Part shown: positions 29,931 through 39,334 of the stretch, piece by piece
How positions within the stretch are numbered: the first letter of the stretch is position 1
Layout: every line of letters starts with the position of its first letter
NCBI GenBank assembly: GCA_965228475.1
Contig: OZ245817.1
Coordinates: forward strand, 4,512,001 to 4,576,000
Length of the DNA stretch: 64,000 nucleotides
Reading direction: 5' to 3'
Source of the DNA: Myxococcota bacterium
GTDB taxonomy: Bacteria; Myxococcota_A; UBA9160; JAFDDA01
Program-made: the position numbers and the translations under genes
Notes under the pieces: model-generated
What the model was told of the DNA's origin: nothing
Database searches by the model: none
Seen by the model: only the letters and a program-made list of their open reading frames with translations

Positions 29931-31280
29931 CTACCCGGCGGCGCGCACGCTCTCGCCGAGGATGTCGAGCAGCTCCTCGAGATCCTCGTCCGGGATGTTC
30001 ACGGAAGGCGTCACGTAGACCACGTTCCCGAGCGGCCGCAGGTAGGCCCCGCGCCGCCGCGCCTCCTCGAAGACCCGCCAGCCCGCCTCGGCCAGGTACC
30101 CGGAAGCCCCCGCCAGATCGAGAGCGCCGATCATGCCGAGCGTTCGCACGCGCTCGACGTGGGGCAGTCGGCCGAGCTCGCGGAAGGTGCGCGCGATCTT
30201 TTCGGCCTTGCCCTTCGCCTGATCGATCACCCGCTCCTCTTCGAACACGTCGAGGACGGCCAGGGCGACGGCGGCGCCGAGCGGGTTTCCGCAGAAGGTG
30301 TGCCCGTAGTAGAAGGCACGGTCGTTCTCGCCGAGGAAACCTTCGAAGATGCGGGACGAAGAGATCGTCGCCGCCATCGGGAGCGTTCCGCCGACGAACC
30401 CCTTCGCCATGCACAGGACGTCCGGGGCGACCCCGGCGTGATCCGCCGCCCACATGGGCCCGGTGCGGCCGTAGCCCGTGAAGACCTCGTCGAAGATCAG
30501 GAACGTGTCGTGCGCGTCGCAGATCTCGCGGGCGCGGCGCAGGTACTCCGCGTCGTAGATCCGCATGCCCGAAGCGCCCTGCACCATCGGCTCGAGCACG
30601 ACGGCGGCGATGCGGTCGGCGTGGCGTGCGACGGTCTCCGCGAGGGCCTCGGCCGCCGCCTCCGCACCGACGGCCGGATCGCCCGGCGAAGGAACGTGGT
30701 GGCACTCGAGCAGCGCGCCCTCGAAGGGCTTGCGGAACACCTCGACCCCGCCGAGGGCCGTCACGCCGAGGGTCTCCCCGTGGAAGGCGCCCTCGAGGGA
30801 GACGAAGGCCTTTCGTCCGGGCCGCTCGTTCTGCGCCCAGAACTGGATCACCTGCTTCATCGCGACCTCGACCGAGGTCGAGCCGTTGTCGCTGAAGAAG
30901 ACGTGGTCGAGCCCTTCGGGTGCGATCTTCGAAAGCCGCGCCGCGAGCTCCGCGGCCGGCGCGTGGGTGATGCCGGCGAGCGCCGCATGGCAGAGCTTGT
31001 CCGCCTGGTCCTTCAGCGCCGCGACCACGCGCGGATGGTTGTGGCCGAGGGTCGAGGTCCACCAGGAGGCGTTGCCGTCGATGTAGCTGCTGCCGTCGAC
31101 GTCGTGGAGACGGACCCCGGAGGCGCGCTTCACCACGATCGGGTCGATCCGCTTCCGGTAGTCGTCCATCGCCGTGTAGGGGTGCCAGAGGCACTCCTTG
31201 TCGAGGGCGACGATGTTCTCGCGCTCGCCGGGGATCACACCCCCCGGCGAGCCGCCCTTGTCACGTTCGTCCCGTGACAC
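29931..31280 (-). CDS. bioA: adenosylmethionine-8-amino-7-oxononanoate aminotransferase
   Basis: WHPYT, DGNASWW, SDNGSTSVEVAMK, FHGET, VQGASGM, DEVFTGYGRTG, AKGFVGG, LRPLGNVVY. Confidence 0.92.
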   Translation of the reverse strand: MSRDERDKGGSPGGVIPGERENIVALDKECLWHPYTAMDDYRKRIDPIVVKRASGVRLHDVDGSSYIDGNASWWTSTLGHNHPRVVAALKDQADKLCHAALAGITHAPAAELAARLSKIAPEGLDHVFFSDNGSTSVEVAMKQVIQFWAQNERPGRKAFVSLEGAFHGETLGVTALGGVEVFRKPFEGALLECHHVPSPGDPAVGAEAAAEALAETVARHADRIAAVVLEPMVQGASGMRIYDAEYLRRAREICDAHDTFLIFDEVFTGYGRTGPMWAADHAGVAPDVLCMAKGFVGGTLPMAATISSSRIFEGFLGENDRAFYYGHTFCGNPLGAAVALAVLDVFEEERVIDQAKGKAEKIARTFRELGRLPHVERVRTLGMIGALDLAGASGYLAEAGWRVFEEARRRGAYLRPLGNVVYVTPSVNIPDEDLEELLDILGESVRAAG

Positions 31281-31283
31281 GCG

Positions 31284-32312
31284 CTAGAGCACGGCCTCGG
31301 CGAGAACGCGGAGGGAGTCGGGCCGGGCGCCGCCGATCAGCATGTCGGTGACGGGCGATTCCTTCCACGCGGCGAGCCGGTCCCGGATGCGGTCCGCCGG
31401 GCCGACCAGGGCGACCTCGTCGACGAGCGAGTCCGGCACGGCCGCGAGCGCTTCGCCCTTCTTCCCGTCGAGGTAGAGATCCTGGATCGTCTTGGCCTCG
31501 GCCTCGTAGCCGAGGCGGATGGCGTAGTCGTTGTAGAAGTTCTTGCCGCGCGCGCCCATGCCGCCGATGTAGAGCGAGAGCATGCCCTTCACCGGCACCC
31601 GGCACTGGTCGAGATCGTCGCCCATCACGCAGGTCACGAACGGCGCGATCGAGAAGTCGGCGAGGCTCTTGCCGCCGCCGGCCTTCGCGAAGCCCTTCTC
31701 GAGCGCGGGCTCGAGCAGGTCGAAGCGCTCGGGGTTCATCCAGACGGGAATCAGCCCGTCGGCGACCTCGGCGCTGCACGCGATCCCCGCCGGCCCGATC
31801 GACGCCGTGAAGATCGGCAGGTCTGCGCGGCCGTGCAGGATGCTCTTCAGCGGCTTGCCGAGACCCGAGGACTTCGGCCCGTCGTAGGGCACCTGGTAGT
31901 GCTCGCCCTTGTGCTCGACCGGCGCTTCGCGCGCGAAGATCTTGCGCAGGATGTCGATGTACTCGCGCGTGCGCGTGAGCGGCTTCCCGTAGGCCGTGCC
32001 GTGCCAGCCTTCGACGACCTGGGGGCCCGACGGCCCGAGGCCGAGGATGAAGCGCCCCCCGGAGAGCTGATCGAGCGTCATGGCGGTCATCGCCGTCATG
32101 GCCGGCGTGCGCGCGGGCATCTGCATGATCGCCGTGCCGAGCCGGATCTTCGTGGTCTGGGCGGCGATCCAGGTGAGCGGCACGATCGCGTCGGAACCGT
32201 AGGCCTCCGCCGTCCAGATGGAATCGAAGCCGAGGTTCTCGGCCTCCTGGAAGAGTCCGACGTCGAGGGTGAGCTTGGCGCCGGAGTAGCCGGCGGTGAG
32301 ACCGAGTCGCAT
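31284..32312 (-). CDS. LLM-class, probably F420-dependent oxidoreductase
   Basis: [52 protein letters not shown] (Rv3520c-like pattern); AAGGAG SD. Confidence 0.9.
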   Translation of the reverse strand: MRLGLTAGYSGAKLTLDVGLFQEAENLGFDSIWTAEAYGSDAIVPLTWIAAQTTKIRLGTAIMQMPARTPAMTAMTAMTLDQLSGGRFILGLGPSGPQVVEGWHGTAYGKPLTRTREYIDILRKIFAREAPVEHKGEHYQVPYDGPKSSGLGKPLKSILHGRADLPIFTASIGPAGIACSAEVADGLIPVWMNPERFDLLEPALEKGFAKAGGGKSLADFSIAPFVTCVMGDDLDQCRVPVKGMLSLYIGGMGARGKNFYNDYAIRLGYEAEAKTIQDLYLDGKKGEALAAVPDSLVDEVALVGPADRIRDRLAAWKESPVTDMLIGGARPDSLRVLAEAVL

Positions 32313-32379
32313 GGGGGGCTCCTTGGGTTCTTACGCGGGGCGCAGGTTCGGCCCATTGAGGGGCGGCGCGCAGGGTAGC

Positions 32380-34926
32380 CTACTCGGCGTCCTCGGTCGG
32401 CGTCGCGTCGATGGGGAGGTCGATGATGAAGCGCGCGCCGTGGCCTTCCTGGGAGGAGACCACCATGCGCCCGCCGTGGCGCTCGATGATCTGGTGCGAC
32501 ATGGAGAGGCCGAGGCCGGTGCCCTTGCCGGGCTCCTTGGTCGTGTAGAAGGGGTCGAAGATCCGGCCCTGGACCTCGGGCGACATGCCGGGGCCGTCGT
32601 CCTGGAACTCGAGCCGCACGCCGTCGCCCTGACGCGAGCTCGCGATGCGGATCTCCCCGCCCTTCTCCTCCATCGCGTCGCAGGCGTTCATCAGCAGGTT
32701 CATGAAGACCTGGTTCAGCTGGCCCGCATTGCAGCGCACGCGGGGAAGGTCGCCGTACTCGCGGCGCACGGTGATGACGTCCTTCAAGCGCGGCTCCATC
32801 AGCGTGAGGGTGCGGTCGATCTCTTCGTGGAGGTCGACCTCCTGCACCGCGGTCTGGTCCATGCGCGAGAAGGTCTTGAGGTCGAGGACGATCTGCTTGA
32901 CGCGGTTGGTGCCTTCCTGGCTGCGCGAGAGCAGCTTGCCGATCGCGGCGCGGGCCTTTTCTTCGTCGGCGCCGCCCTTCTCCGCGTTCACCAGCCGGTT
33001 CACGTAGTCGTCCATGAGCTGGAGGTTCGCGTGGACGAAGCCGATCGGGTTGTTGAGCTCGTGGGCCACGCCGGCGACGAGCTGGCCGAGGGACTTCATC
33101 TTCTCGGCCTGCACGAGCTGCTGCTGGGTGGCGCGCAGCTCCGCCGTCCGGTCCTCGACGCGCGCCTCGAGCGTCTCGTTCAGCTTGGCGATCTCGTCGT
33201 AGGCCTGGGCGTTTTCGATCGCGATGGCCGACTGGTTCGCGAGGGTCCGCAGGAGCTGACGGTCGTCCGGACCGAGGCGCTCGCCGGTGATCTTGCGTCC
33301 GACGGCGATCACGCCGAGCAGATCCACGCCGAACAGGATCGGCACGAGCAGCTCCATCTCGAGCGTGTCGAAGACGTCGCGGCAGGCCTCGCGCGCCTCG
33401 GGGTCGGGCTCGTCGTCGAAGTCGCGGCGCGCGAGCTCCTCGCGGCGCATCCAGAGGTGTTTCCAGATCGGGTGCGAAGCCGGGATCTCGCTCGCGAGCG
33501 AGGGCTCGTCCCAATCGCCGCGCCAGGCGGTGGGGCGCAGCACGCGCTCGTCGTCGTCGAGCAGGAGCACCATCGCGCGCTCGACGCCCATGGTGTCCGT
33601 GAGCGCGATCAGGATGCGGTCGCCGATCTCCCGGAGCGAGAGCATGGAGACCATCGCCTCGGAGATCTCCCGGACGGCCTGGCGGTAGGTCGCGCGGTCG
33701 CGGTCGAAGGTGCGGTCCACGACGCGCTGGAGCGAATTTCGGATCGGGTTGAAGAGCAGGATCGCGACGAACAGGAAGCCGACCTGGAAGGCCGGCGCGC
33801 GCGCGTTCACGTCGAAGCTCACGATCAACGCGTCCGAGAAGGCGATCAGGACGGCGTAGACGCCGGTGATGGCGACGCTCGCGAGGCCGTAGGCCACCGA
33901 GGACTTCGCCGCACCGCGAATGTCGAACAGGTCGCGGCGCAGGATCCCGTAGGCCACCGCGACGGGGAAGATGAACAGCCAGACCATCGCGTAGTAGAAC
34001 GGAAGCGACGTGCGCAGGAAGTACTGCGCGATCAGCACCAGGATGACGGGAACGAAGGAGGCGAGCGCGCCGATCAGCATGACGTCGGCGCGCGCCGTGA
34101 CGTCCGGATCGTGCTCCCGGCGGCGCTCGACGACCAGGCTCACCAGGCCCGCCAGCGAGAAGCCGAAGCCCGAGAGGAAGGAGAGCGCCGGAGCGAGCAT
34201 GGGCGGAATGCCGAGCGGCTCCTGCAGGAAGAAGAGCCCGGCGATGGTCGCCGCCACGGCGTAGGGCAGGAGCTGGATGCGGCGATGCCGGACGATCCAG
34301 TGCGGCTCGAACGGGTAGGTCGTGAAGAGATGGAAGGCCGCCGCCCCGAGCAATGCGTTGTTCAGGACCATTCGCGGATAGGCGAAGGGGACGTTGTCCA
34401 CGCGCACGGCCGTGAAGAGCGCCGTCGCCATGGCGGAACAGAACAGGAGCAGCGTCCAGGCTTCGACCCGGCCCGGCCGCGAACGCCAGACCGCCATGCC
34501 GATCGTGAGGTAGACGAGGCCGACGCCGAGGATCGCCATCTGCAGGATCGTCGAGACGGGCCCGATCGAACCCGGAGGCTGCGGCGCAAGGGGGATGTCG
34601 AGCCGCCGTCCGTTCGACTTCTCGATCGTATAGACGTTGGTCTGCCCTTCGGTGAGCGCCATGCGGCCGCGGCTCGTGAAGCTGCCGAGCAGGTTGCCGT
34701 CGAAGGCGATCAGGCGGTCGCCGGCCTTGATGCCCTTCTGCGCGGCTTCCGGGCTCGTGCCCTGGACGATGAAGACGCCACCGACGGTGGCGATCTCGAG
34801 CGGCCACTCGGGCGCGGGGGCCCGCACGTAGTGGGCCATCACGTTGTGGAACAGGGCGAGGGCCGCCCAGGCCATGAAGGCGAAGGCCGTGTAGCGGCGC
34901 AGGCGCAGGGTCGCGGACGGGTTCAT
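32380..34926 (-). CDS. membrane sensor histidine kinase (PDZ - multi-TM - GAF - HisKA - HATPase)
   Basis: SPEAAQKGIKAGDRLIAFDG (PDZ), about 8 TM, GAF (LVPILFGVDLLGVI..LANQSAIAIEN), AHELNNP, NQVFMNLLMNA, DDGPG, DPFYTTK, GTGLGL. Confidence 0.92.
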   Translation of the reverse strand: MNPSATLRLRRYTAFAFMAWAALALFHNVMAHYVRAPAPEWPLEIATVGGVFIVQGTSPEAAQKGIKAGDRLIAFDGNLLGSFTSRGRMALTEGQTNVYTIEKSNGRRLDIPLAPQPPGSIGPVSTILQMAILGVGLVYLTIGMAVWRSRPGRVEAWTLLLFCSAMATALFTAVRVDNVPFAYPRMVLNNALLGAAAFHLFTTYPFEPHWIVRHRRIQLLPYAVAATIAGLFFLQEPLGIPPMLAPALSFLSGFGFSLAGLVSLVVERRREHDPDVTARADVMLIGALASFVPVILVLIAQYFLRTSLPFYYAMVWLFIFPVAVAYGILRRDLFDIRGAAKSSVAYGLASVAITGVYAVLIAFSDALIVSFDVNARAPAFQVGFLFVAILLFNPIRNSLQRVVDRTFDRDRATYRQAVREISEAMVSMLSLREIGDRILIALTDTMGVERAMVLLLDDDERVLRPTAWRGDWDEPSLASEIPASHPIWKHLWMRREELARRDFDDEPDPEAREACRDVFDTLEMELLVPILFGVDLLGVIAVGRKITGERLGPDDRQLLRTLANQSAIAIENAQAYDEIAKLNETLEARVEDRTAELRATQQQLVQAEKMKSLGQLVAGVAHELNNPIGFVHANLQLMDDYVNRLVNAEKGGADEEKARAAIGKLLSRSQEGTNRVKQIVLDLKTFSRMDQTAVQEVDLHEEIDRTLTLMEPRLKDVITVRREYGDLPRVRCNAGQLNQVFMNLLMNACDAMEEKGGEIRIASSRQGDGVRLEFQDDGPGMSPEVQGRIFDPFYTTKEPGKGTGLGLSMSHQIIERHGGRMVVSSQEGHGARFIIDLPIDATPTEDAE

Positions 34927-35073
34927 GCGACTTCCGGGCACGGGCCGAGGGCGGCTACCGGCGACGTGCGGCCGAGAGGTTAGCCTGCGCGCGCCACACT
35001 GTCCGGGGCCCTCTGGAGGGCGTCGGCTGGCAAGTAGAGCCCGGGCTCGCGCCCCTGGCCCCGTGGAGGTCGG

Positions 35074-35472
35074 CTAGCGCCCCTGGCGGCGCATGACCTC
35101 CATCTCGAGCTTGCGGAGCTCGGCGGCCGGTTCGCTGCCCCCGATGTTGTAGCCGCGGGCGTTCAGCGAGTTGACCTTCCAGCTCGGGTCGGTCTCCCCG
35201 GCCCGTTCGGCCATCAGGAGCGGCATGCCGCGCAGCGGAAGCACGGGAGCCTTGTCGCGCGCGGCGCACGTGGCGCCGCGTTCCGTCTGGACCGCGGCCG
35301 GTGAAGCCGGCGGCGGAGCCAGGGCGGGATCGTAGGAGAAGAACTCTTCGGCACCGGCGCCGTGCGAGGAGGCCTCGCTGGCCTCGGTGATCCGCACGCC
35401 GGGCGACGTCAGGAGCAGCATCGCGGCAAGCGACGCGAAGCCGAGAGAACGAAGGAGCGAAGCAACGCGCAT
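35074..35472 (-). CDS. hypothetical exported protein
   Basis: GGAGG SD; signal-peptide-like N-terminus; C-terminal SLNARGYNIG. Confidence 0.6.
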   Translation of the reverse strand: MRVASLLRSLGFASLAAMLLLTSPGVRITEASEASSHGAGAEEFFSYDPALAPPPASPAAVQTERGATCAARDKAPVLPLRGMPLLMAERAGETDPSWKVNSLNARGYNIGGSEPAAELRKLEMEVMRRQGR

Positions 35473-35650
35473 GACGACCTCCGTGGTAACCTCCACCACG
35501 TTCTGAGGCATCGACCGGATCCCCGCTGCACTTGACCCCTCTCGAACGCTCGCCCCGCCCGCTCCTGCCGCCCGCTTGCCGAGGGACCGCACGTCGTCTG
35601 CCGCCGCCGAGACGGTCGGCAGCGGGAGCAGAAGACCGGAGGCCCACGGT

Positions 35651-36685
35651 TTGCGGCTAGTCACCTTCGAGCGCGGCGACCGCGGGACGGAGCCCGCCGC
35701 CCACGCCAGCGAATCCGCCCTCGGCCTCGACCCGGTCGAGGCGGGGCGGCCGGGCGCGCGCCGCCTCGGGGCCGTGCGGGCCGCCGGTCCGTGCGCCGGA
35801 CAGGTCGTGGATCTGAACCGCGCACTCGCGATGCGGCTCGCCCAGGAGGACCACGGCGCGCCCGAGGCCGAGGCGGATGCGAACCTGCCGCCGAACTCCC
35901 TGGAGTTCCTGCGGCGCGGCGAAGAAGCCTTCGCCGCCGCCCGGGAGGCCCTCGCCTTCGTCGACGAGGCGCTCGAGCGCTACGACCCGCCGGATCTCGC
36001 ACGCGCCGGCGTGCTCGAAGACCCGAAGCGGATCACCCCGTGCGCGCCGGTCCCGCGCCCGGGAAAGATCGTCGCGGTGGCGCGCAACTACGCGGCCCAT
36101 GCTGCCGAGTCCGGCAGCGAGCCGCCGGCGGAGCCCGTCCTCTTCCTGAAGGCGCCCTCGGCCGTCGTCGGCCCCGGCGACGAGATCCGCCTGCCCGCGG
36201 CGAGCGAGGCCGTCGACTACGAAGGCGAACTCGCCGTCGTGGTCGGGCGCAGCCTCTTCGAGGTCGACGAAGCGGAGGCCCTCTCTGGGGTGGCGGGCTA
36301 CTGCGTCGCCAACGACGTCTCCGCCCGGGATTTCCAGGGCACGCGCGGGCAGCACTTCATCGGGAAGTCCTGCGACACCTTCGCGCCCCTCGGCCCGCTG
36401 CTCGTGACGCCCGAGGAGGTCGGAGACCCGCAATCGCTCTCGCTCGAGACCCGGCTCTCCGGGGAAGTCGTGCAGGCGGCCAGCACCAAGGAGATGATCT
36501 TCCCGGTCGCGCGCCTGCTCGCCTTCGCCTCCCGGCTGATGACCCTCGAGCCCGGCGACGTGCTCCTTACCGGAACGCCGGCCGGTGTAGGACGAAGCCG
36601 CGTCCCGCCGCGCTTCCTGCGGCCGGGCGACGTCGTCGAGGTCACGATCGAACGGATCGGGACGCTACGGAACCACGTCCGCTGA
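35651..36685 (+). CDS. fumarylacetoacetate hydrolase family protein
   Basis: TTG start (MRLVTF) after GGAGG; KIVAVARNYAAH, DYEGELAVV, NDVSARD, GKSCDTFAP, TGTPAGVG. Confidence 0.92.
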   Translation: MRLVTFERGDRGTEPAAHASESALGLDPVEAGRPGARRLGAVRAAGPCAGQVVDLNRALAMRLAQEDHGAPEAEADANLPPNSLEFLRRGEEAFAAAREALAFVDEALERYDPPDLARAGVLEDPKRITPCAPVPRPGKIVAVARNYAAHAAESGSEPPAEPVLFLKAPSAVVGPGDEIRLPAASEAVDYEGELAVVVGRSLFEVDEAEALSGVAGYCVANDVSARDFQGTRGQHFIGKSCDTFAPLGPLLVTPEEVGDPQSLSLETRLSGEVVQAASTKEMIFPVARLLAFASRLMTLEPGDVLLTGTPAGVGRSRVPPRFLRPGDVVEVTIERIGTLRNHVR

Positions 36686-37903
36686 CGCGCGCTCGTCGCG
36701 CCGAATCCCCAGGTCGACATCGAACCCGACCACGACGCTCCCGAGGAGCTGGCCGAAGAACCAGGGCAGGTCGCGCCCGTCGAGCGGGCTCGTGTAGTTG
36801 GCGACCCAGTGGCGCCCCTCACCGAGGGGCACGCTCGCGGCGAAGGCCGTATCGCCCTGGGAGGGCAGGTCCGCGAGAAGCACCGTGCGGCGCTCCTCGG
36901 GCAGGATCTCGTAGATCGCCGTGCGCTTGCGCGTGGCGGAGTAGCGCACGAGGGACCAGGCCAGGGCGAGCCGCTCGGGGAGCCAGCCGCCGGCAGGGAA
37001 CGGGCCCGAGAGGCTCCGGCGCGCGATCGCGAAGAAACGGCCGCCCTCCTGCACGATCAACGGCGAGTCGTGGCGGTAGCCGGTGGGCGTGCAGTCCCAG
37101 CGGTCGAGTCGGGTGGCCGGCGCCGTGCAGACGAGGCTCCCGCGGCTCTCGATCCGGACGAGGGCGACGAGGCTCCCGTCTTCCGCGAAATCGAAGGCGC
37201 ACTCCGAGGGGCCGATGGCATCGATGGGGGAAGCCTCGCCGGAGACGGAGTGGAAGTTCCTTCCGTCCTCGGAGACGAGCAGCCGCACCGACCCCGAGTT
37301 GCCGAAGTCCTCGTAGAGCTCCGCACCGTGATAGACGCTCATCCAGGCGAGGCCGGCGTGCTCGCGCAGGCGCCACACGATGTGCCCCTCCTCGAAGATC
37401 CGCTCGGACGCGGACCACGCGCCGTCCGCGCCGCGCTCGGTCACGTGGATCCAGCGCGGCTTGAAGGCGAAGGGGTCGTCGCCGAGCTCGACGAAGTAGA
37501 GGCGCAGCGTGCCGCGGAAGGCGAGGAAGCGCGGCTCCCGCAGGTCCGAGCGCGGCAGGTCGATCTCGTGCTCGAGCCGCCAGTCCGAGCGGTCCGGGCT
37601 CGAAAAGATCAGCAGGCGCGCCTCGTCCGTCGCGAAGTGATGGGGCGCGGTGCGCACGGCCAGAAAGAAGAGGCCCTCGAAGCGCGCGGCGTCGAGGTTG
37701 TTGGTGGAGCCCTGGATCTCGACGCCGGCGGGCAGGCCGGGCCCCGGCACGAGCGGAAGCACCTCCCCGACCCCGAGGCCGGGCAGCCGTTCGGGCTCGA
37801 AGGCGTGCGGCTCATCGCGGGTGACGCCGTAGAGACCGAGGAAGGAAACGAGAACGAGGAGGAGGGCCAGGAGCCCGAGGAGCGCGCGAATGAAGCGACC
37901 CAC
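36665..37903 (-). CDS. membrane-anchored hypothetical protein, probable sialidase-like beta-propeller
   Basis: N-terminal TM; NNLD, DLREPRF, SEDGRNF (Asp-box-like), LPSQGDTAF, NYTSP. Confidence 0.6.
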   Translation of the reverse strand: MGRFIRALLGLLALLLVLVSFLGLYGVTRDEPHAFEPERLPGLGVGEVLPLVPGPGLPAGVEIQGSTNNLDAARFEGLFFLAVRTAPHHFATDEARLLIFSSPDRSDWRLEHEIDLPRSDLREPRFLAFRGTLRLYFVELGDDPFAFKPRWIHVTERGADGAWSASERIFEEGHIVWRLREHAGLAWMSVYHGAELYEDFGNSGSVRLLVSEDGRNFHSVSGEASPIDAIGPSECAFDFAEDGSLVALVRIESRGSLVCTAPATRLDRWDCTPTGYRHDSPLIVQEGGRFFAIARRSLSGPFPAGGWLPERLALAWSLVRYSATRKRTAIYEILPEERRTVLLADLPSQGDTAFAASVPLGEGRHWVANYTSPLDGRDLPWFFGQLLGSVVVGFDVDLGIRRDERASADVVP

Positions 37904-37918
37904 CGCGGCGCCGACGGC

Positions 37919-38437
37919 TCAGGAAGCTTCCGGGCGGTAGCGCAGCAGGACGCGTTCGCCCGAGGCCAGCTCGCGGCGCATCTTGTCCGCCCAGCGGCTG
38001 ATCTCCTTCGGGTACTTCCGGGCGTAGACCGCGAGGATGCGTTCGAGCAGCGCCGGGTCGTCGTCCGTCCGGCCGACGGCGTCGAACTTCGGGGCCTGCC
38101 GGAAGGCTTCGTTCTTCCCGCCGCGCCAGCGGCCGTGGTCGCCCACCCAGATCCGAGTGCGCGTTCGCCCGGTGGCGATGGCCGTCGCCTTCCAGCGGTC
38201 GCTCGCCGTCGACGAGACGACCTCGCCGTCGAGCCACGCGAACCAGATCTCGCCGTGGCATCGGCTCTCGGTCCCATCCCGCTTCAGGGGAGACACGTAG
38301 ACGTAGGGGCTCGTCTCGAGCGCGGCGACGGGCAGCCCGGCCTTCTCGTGATGCGCGGCCCGCGCGCCGAAGGGCGCGGCGAGCGTTGCGAGAGAACCGG
38401 CCACGAAGGCCCGGCGCGTGAGATCGAACGAACTCAA
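37919..38437 (-). CDS. Tat-exported DUF2255/pyridoxamine-oxidase-like protein
   Basis: TTG overlaps the cysH stop; TRRAFV twin-arginine motif with ARA cleavage site; YVYVSPLKRDG..EIWFAW..KY..RVLLRY. Confidence 0.65.
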   Translation of the reverse strand: MSSFDLTRRAFVAGSLATLAAPFGARAAHHEKAGLPVAALETSPYVYVSPLKRDGTESRCHGEIWFAWLDGEVVSSTASDRWKATAIATGRTRTRIWVGDHGRWRGGKNEAFRQAPKFDAVGRTDDDPALLERILAVYARKYPKEISRWADKMRRELASGERVLLRYRPEAS

Positions 38438-39204
38438 ATCCCCGACCCTCCGGATTCCTCCCCGACGTGGATCCCGCACTCGCGGGTCTCGGGGTTCTCC
38501 CACCACCAGCGGCCGGCGCGCGGGTCGTCCCCGGCTTCGATCGCCCGGGAGCACGGCGCGCAGCCGACGGAAGGGTACCCCTCCTTGTGGAGGCGGTTGG
38601 TCGGAACGTCGCGGTCGCGAACGTACTGCCAGACCTGGTCGTGGCTCCAGTCCGCGATCGGATTGATCTTCACGATGCCGCCATGGGCGAGATCGATCTC
38701 GACCTTGCGCGTCTCGCTGCGCGTCACGTTCTGATCCCGGCGCAGGCCCGAAACCCAGGCGTCCATGTCCGCGAGGTAGCGGCGCAGCGGCTCCACCTTG
38801 CGCAGGCGACAGCAGAGCTGGCGCTTCTCGATCGATTCGTAGAACAGGTTCATCCCGTGCTCGCGGACCATGCCCTCGACCGCTTCGGAGATCGGGAAGA
38901 CCACCTCGACGGGCTTCCCGTAGCGGTCGCGGATCCGGTCGATCAGATCGAACGTCGCCTGGTGGACCCGCCCCGTATCCAGGGTGAAGACGCGGGCGGT
39001 CGGCTCGATGCGGTGCATGAGGTCGAGCAGGACCATCCCCTCCGCAGCGCCGAAGGAACAGGACAGCGACAGGCGGGGATGAAAATTCTTGATTGCCCAA
39101 CCGAGGATCTCTTCCGGCCCCCAGGACTCGAAGGCACCGGCCTCGATGTCTCGAAGGATGCCAGAATCAATGGGTTTCTCGTGGACGGGTTCGGCGGCGG
39201 TCAT
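38434..39204 (-). CDS. cysH: adenylylsulfate/phosphoadenylylsulfate reductase, [4Fe-4S] APS-reductase type
   Basis: SFG, LDTG, CCRLRKVEPL, SGLRRDQ, GYPSVGCAPC, RAGRWWWE, ECGIH; CC plus CxxC cluster ligands present. Confidence 0.94.
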   Translation of the reverse strand: MTAAEPVHEKPIDSGILRDIEAGAFESWGPEEILGWAIKNFHPRLSLSCSFGAAEGMVLLDLMHRIEPTARVFTLDTGRVHQATFDLIDRIRDRYGKPVEVVFPISEAVEGMVREHGMNLFYESIEKRQLCCRLRKVEPLRRYLADMDAWVSGLRRDQNVTRSETRKVEIDLAHGGIVKINPIADWSHDQVWQYVRDRDVPTNRLHKEGYPSVGCAPCSRAIEAGDDPRAGRWWWENPETRECGIHVGEESGGSGI

Positions 39205-39248
39205 CGTGGTCCGGGAGCGTAAGCGGGATCGGCGGACCCTGCAAACCC

Positions 39249-39277
39249 ATAAACACAGCAATGCTGACGGTATTTAT
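39249..39277. promoter_or_regulatory. AT-rich palindromic operator candidate upstream of cysH
   Basis: ATAAACAC-N13-GTATTTAT (1 mismatch) with inner CAGCA-A-TGCTG, conspicuous in a GC-rich background. Confidence 0.5.
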
Positions 39278-39334
39278 CGGCGAAGGCATCCGTCCCGGCT
39301 CACACCGGCGGAGGGCCTCGCCGATAGGCAACTC

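Noticed and set aside
29931..31280. bioA without other bio genes
   Set aside because: Scattered biotin genes are common; motifs are canonical
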